Below are positions 63,237 to 64,000 of a DNA stretch of 64,000 nt, piece after piece. A program made the translations under genes and the position numbers. Below the pieces are notes generated by a model. That model worked only from the letters and a program-made list of their open reading frames with translations. It ran no database searches and was not told the origin of the DNA. This DNA is from Patellaria atrata CBS 101060 (lineage: Eukaryota): contig MU006089.1 of assembly GCA_010093705.1 (NCBI GenBank), positions 2,157,561-2,221,560 of the forward strand, read 5' to 3'. The stretch's first letter is position 1; every line of letters starts with the position of its first letter.

Positions 63237-64000
63237 GACGGACAGGCGCCTCTTTCTTTTGGTAAATAAATAAATGGGAGTAAGGTGGGATATGTTGGGT
63301 TACAGGTAAGGTGTTTTGAAATGATCAATACTGGTTTATGTTTTTAGGCTGCGGAATATTTTGTGTATGGGATATCTAATGTTACGTTTATGTTGGGCGG
63401 ATATTGTGTCTATATTATACCCTATCTTTTAGCTGTTGATATAGCATTTACGGCAGTACGGTATTTTTATGGAATTCTGGGTGTCTCTTTTTGTATTATG
63501 TCACCAATCGAAATCATCTTTCGTAAAGCGCGATAAGCTTGCGGACATAATTCACACCGTTCTCTCAACCCAAGGATATAGGATCGCAAGAGATGTTGAA
63601 TAAACAACGTGGCCAATGTTTTTCATCTTCAATTGCGTTAGTAGGTAGTCCGTACCAGAAATCTTATTGGAACATCCACCAGATCCAATATGGAAGAGGA
63701 CGTCACTGGTAAATGAAAAGAAAAGTAAGTGACTACCTCACCCAGTTATACCACACGGATAACAAAACGTTGTATTTGTATTTCGACTGTCAAGAAGACG
63801 TATGCTATGATTGATTATGCTTTATATTAGATTCTCTTTATTAAACACTGGTGGCATGGGATGACAAGCATCAGCCGCCATACCCTATGGGGTCAGCCCA
63901 TTAAGCCGTGCAACAGACAAGGTCCCCATGTTCCTCCGGGAGTTGATGCCCAGACTCATCTTCTCTTTATATTTTCTGTTCTTCAAACATGACTGCATCT

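Overview
Eukaryotic, intron-containing genomic DNA from a filamentous ascomycete (Pezizomycotina, inferred from GT-AG introns with CTAAC/CTGAC branch sites and a Woronin-body hex-1 gene). There is one 205-N assembly gap. I can support 20 protein-coding genes, mostly conserved housekeeping genes: a partial RBR-type E3 ligase, a CSC1/OSCA channel, a conserved hypothetical protein, OCH1, a P/Q-rich protein, an annexin, a secreted FAD-linked oxidoreductase, MDM34, HEX1, RIO1, a small TM protein, an F-box-like protein, PDB1, a 2-TM hypothetical protein, PAF1, ARP8, mitochondrial GatA, UTP21, RCC1, a secreted 5'-nucleotidase-like phosphoesterase and a DUF3433 membrane protein. I saw no transposase, CRISPR array or secondary-metabolite backbone gene. 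The most notable signal is in hex-1, which has a spliced, in-frame upstream extension of about 254 codons. The extension lies in about 1.2 kb of leader with no AUG in any frame and has a CUG in good context followed by a hairpin. This suggests a CUG -> AUG -> AUG leaky-scanning ladder plus an in-frame optional intron. The second is a tRNA-like, Pol III-type structured RNA candidate at about 21.5 kb, with a weaker second structured candidate at about 22.2 kb. All product calls come from motif recognition by eye; no database searches were run.
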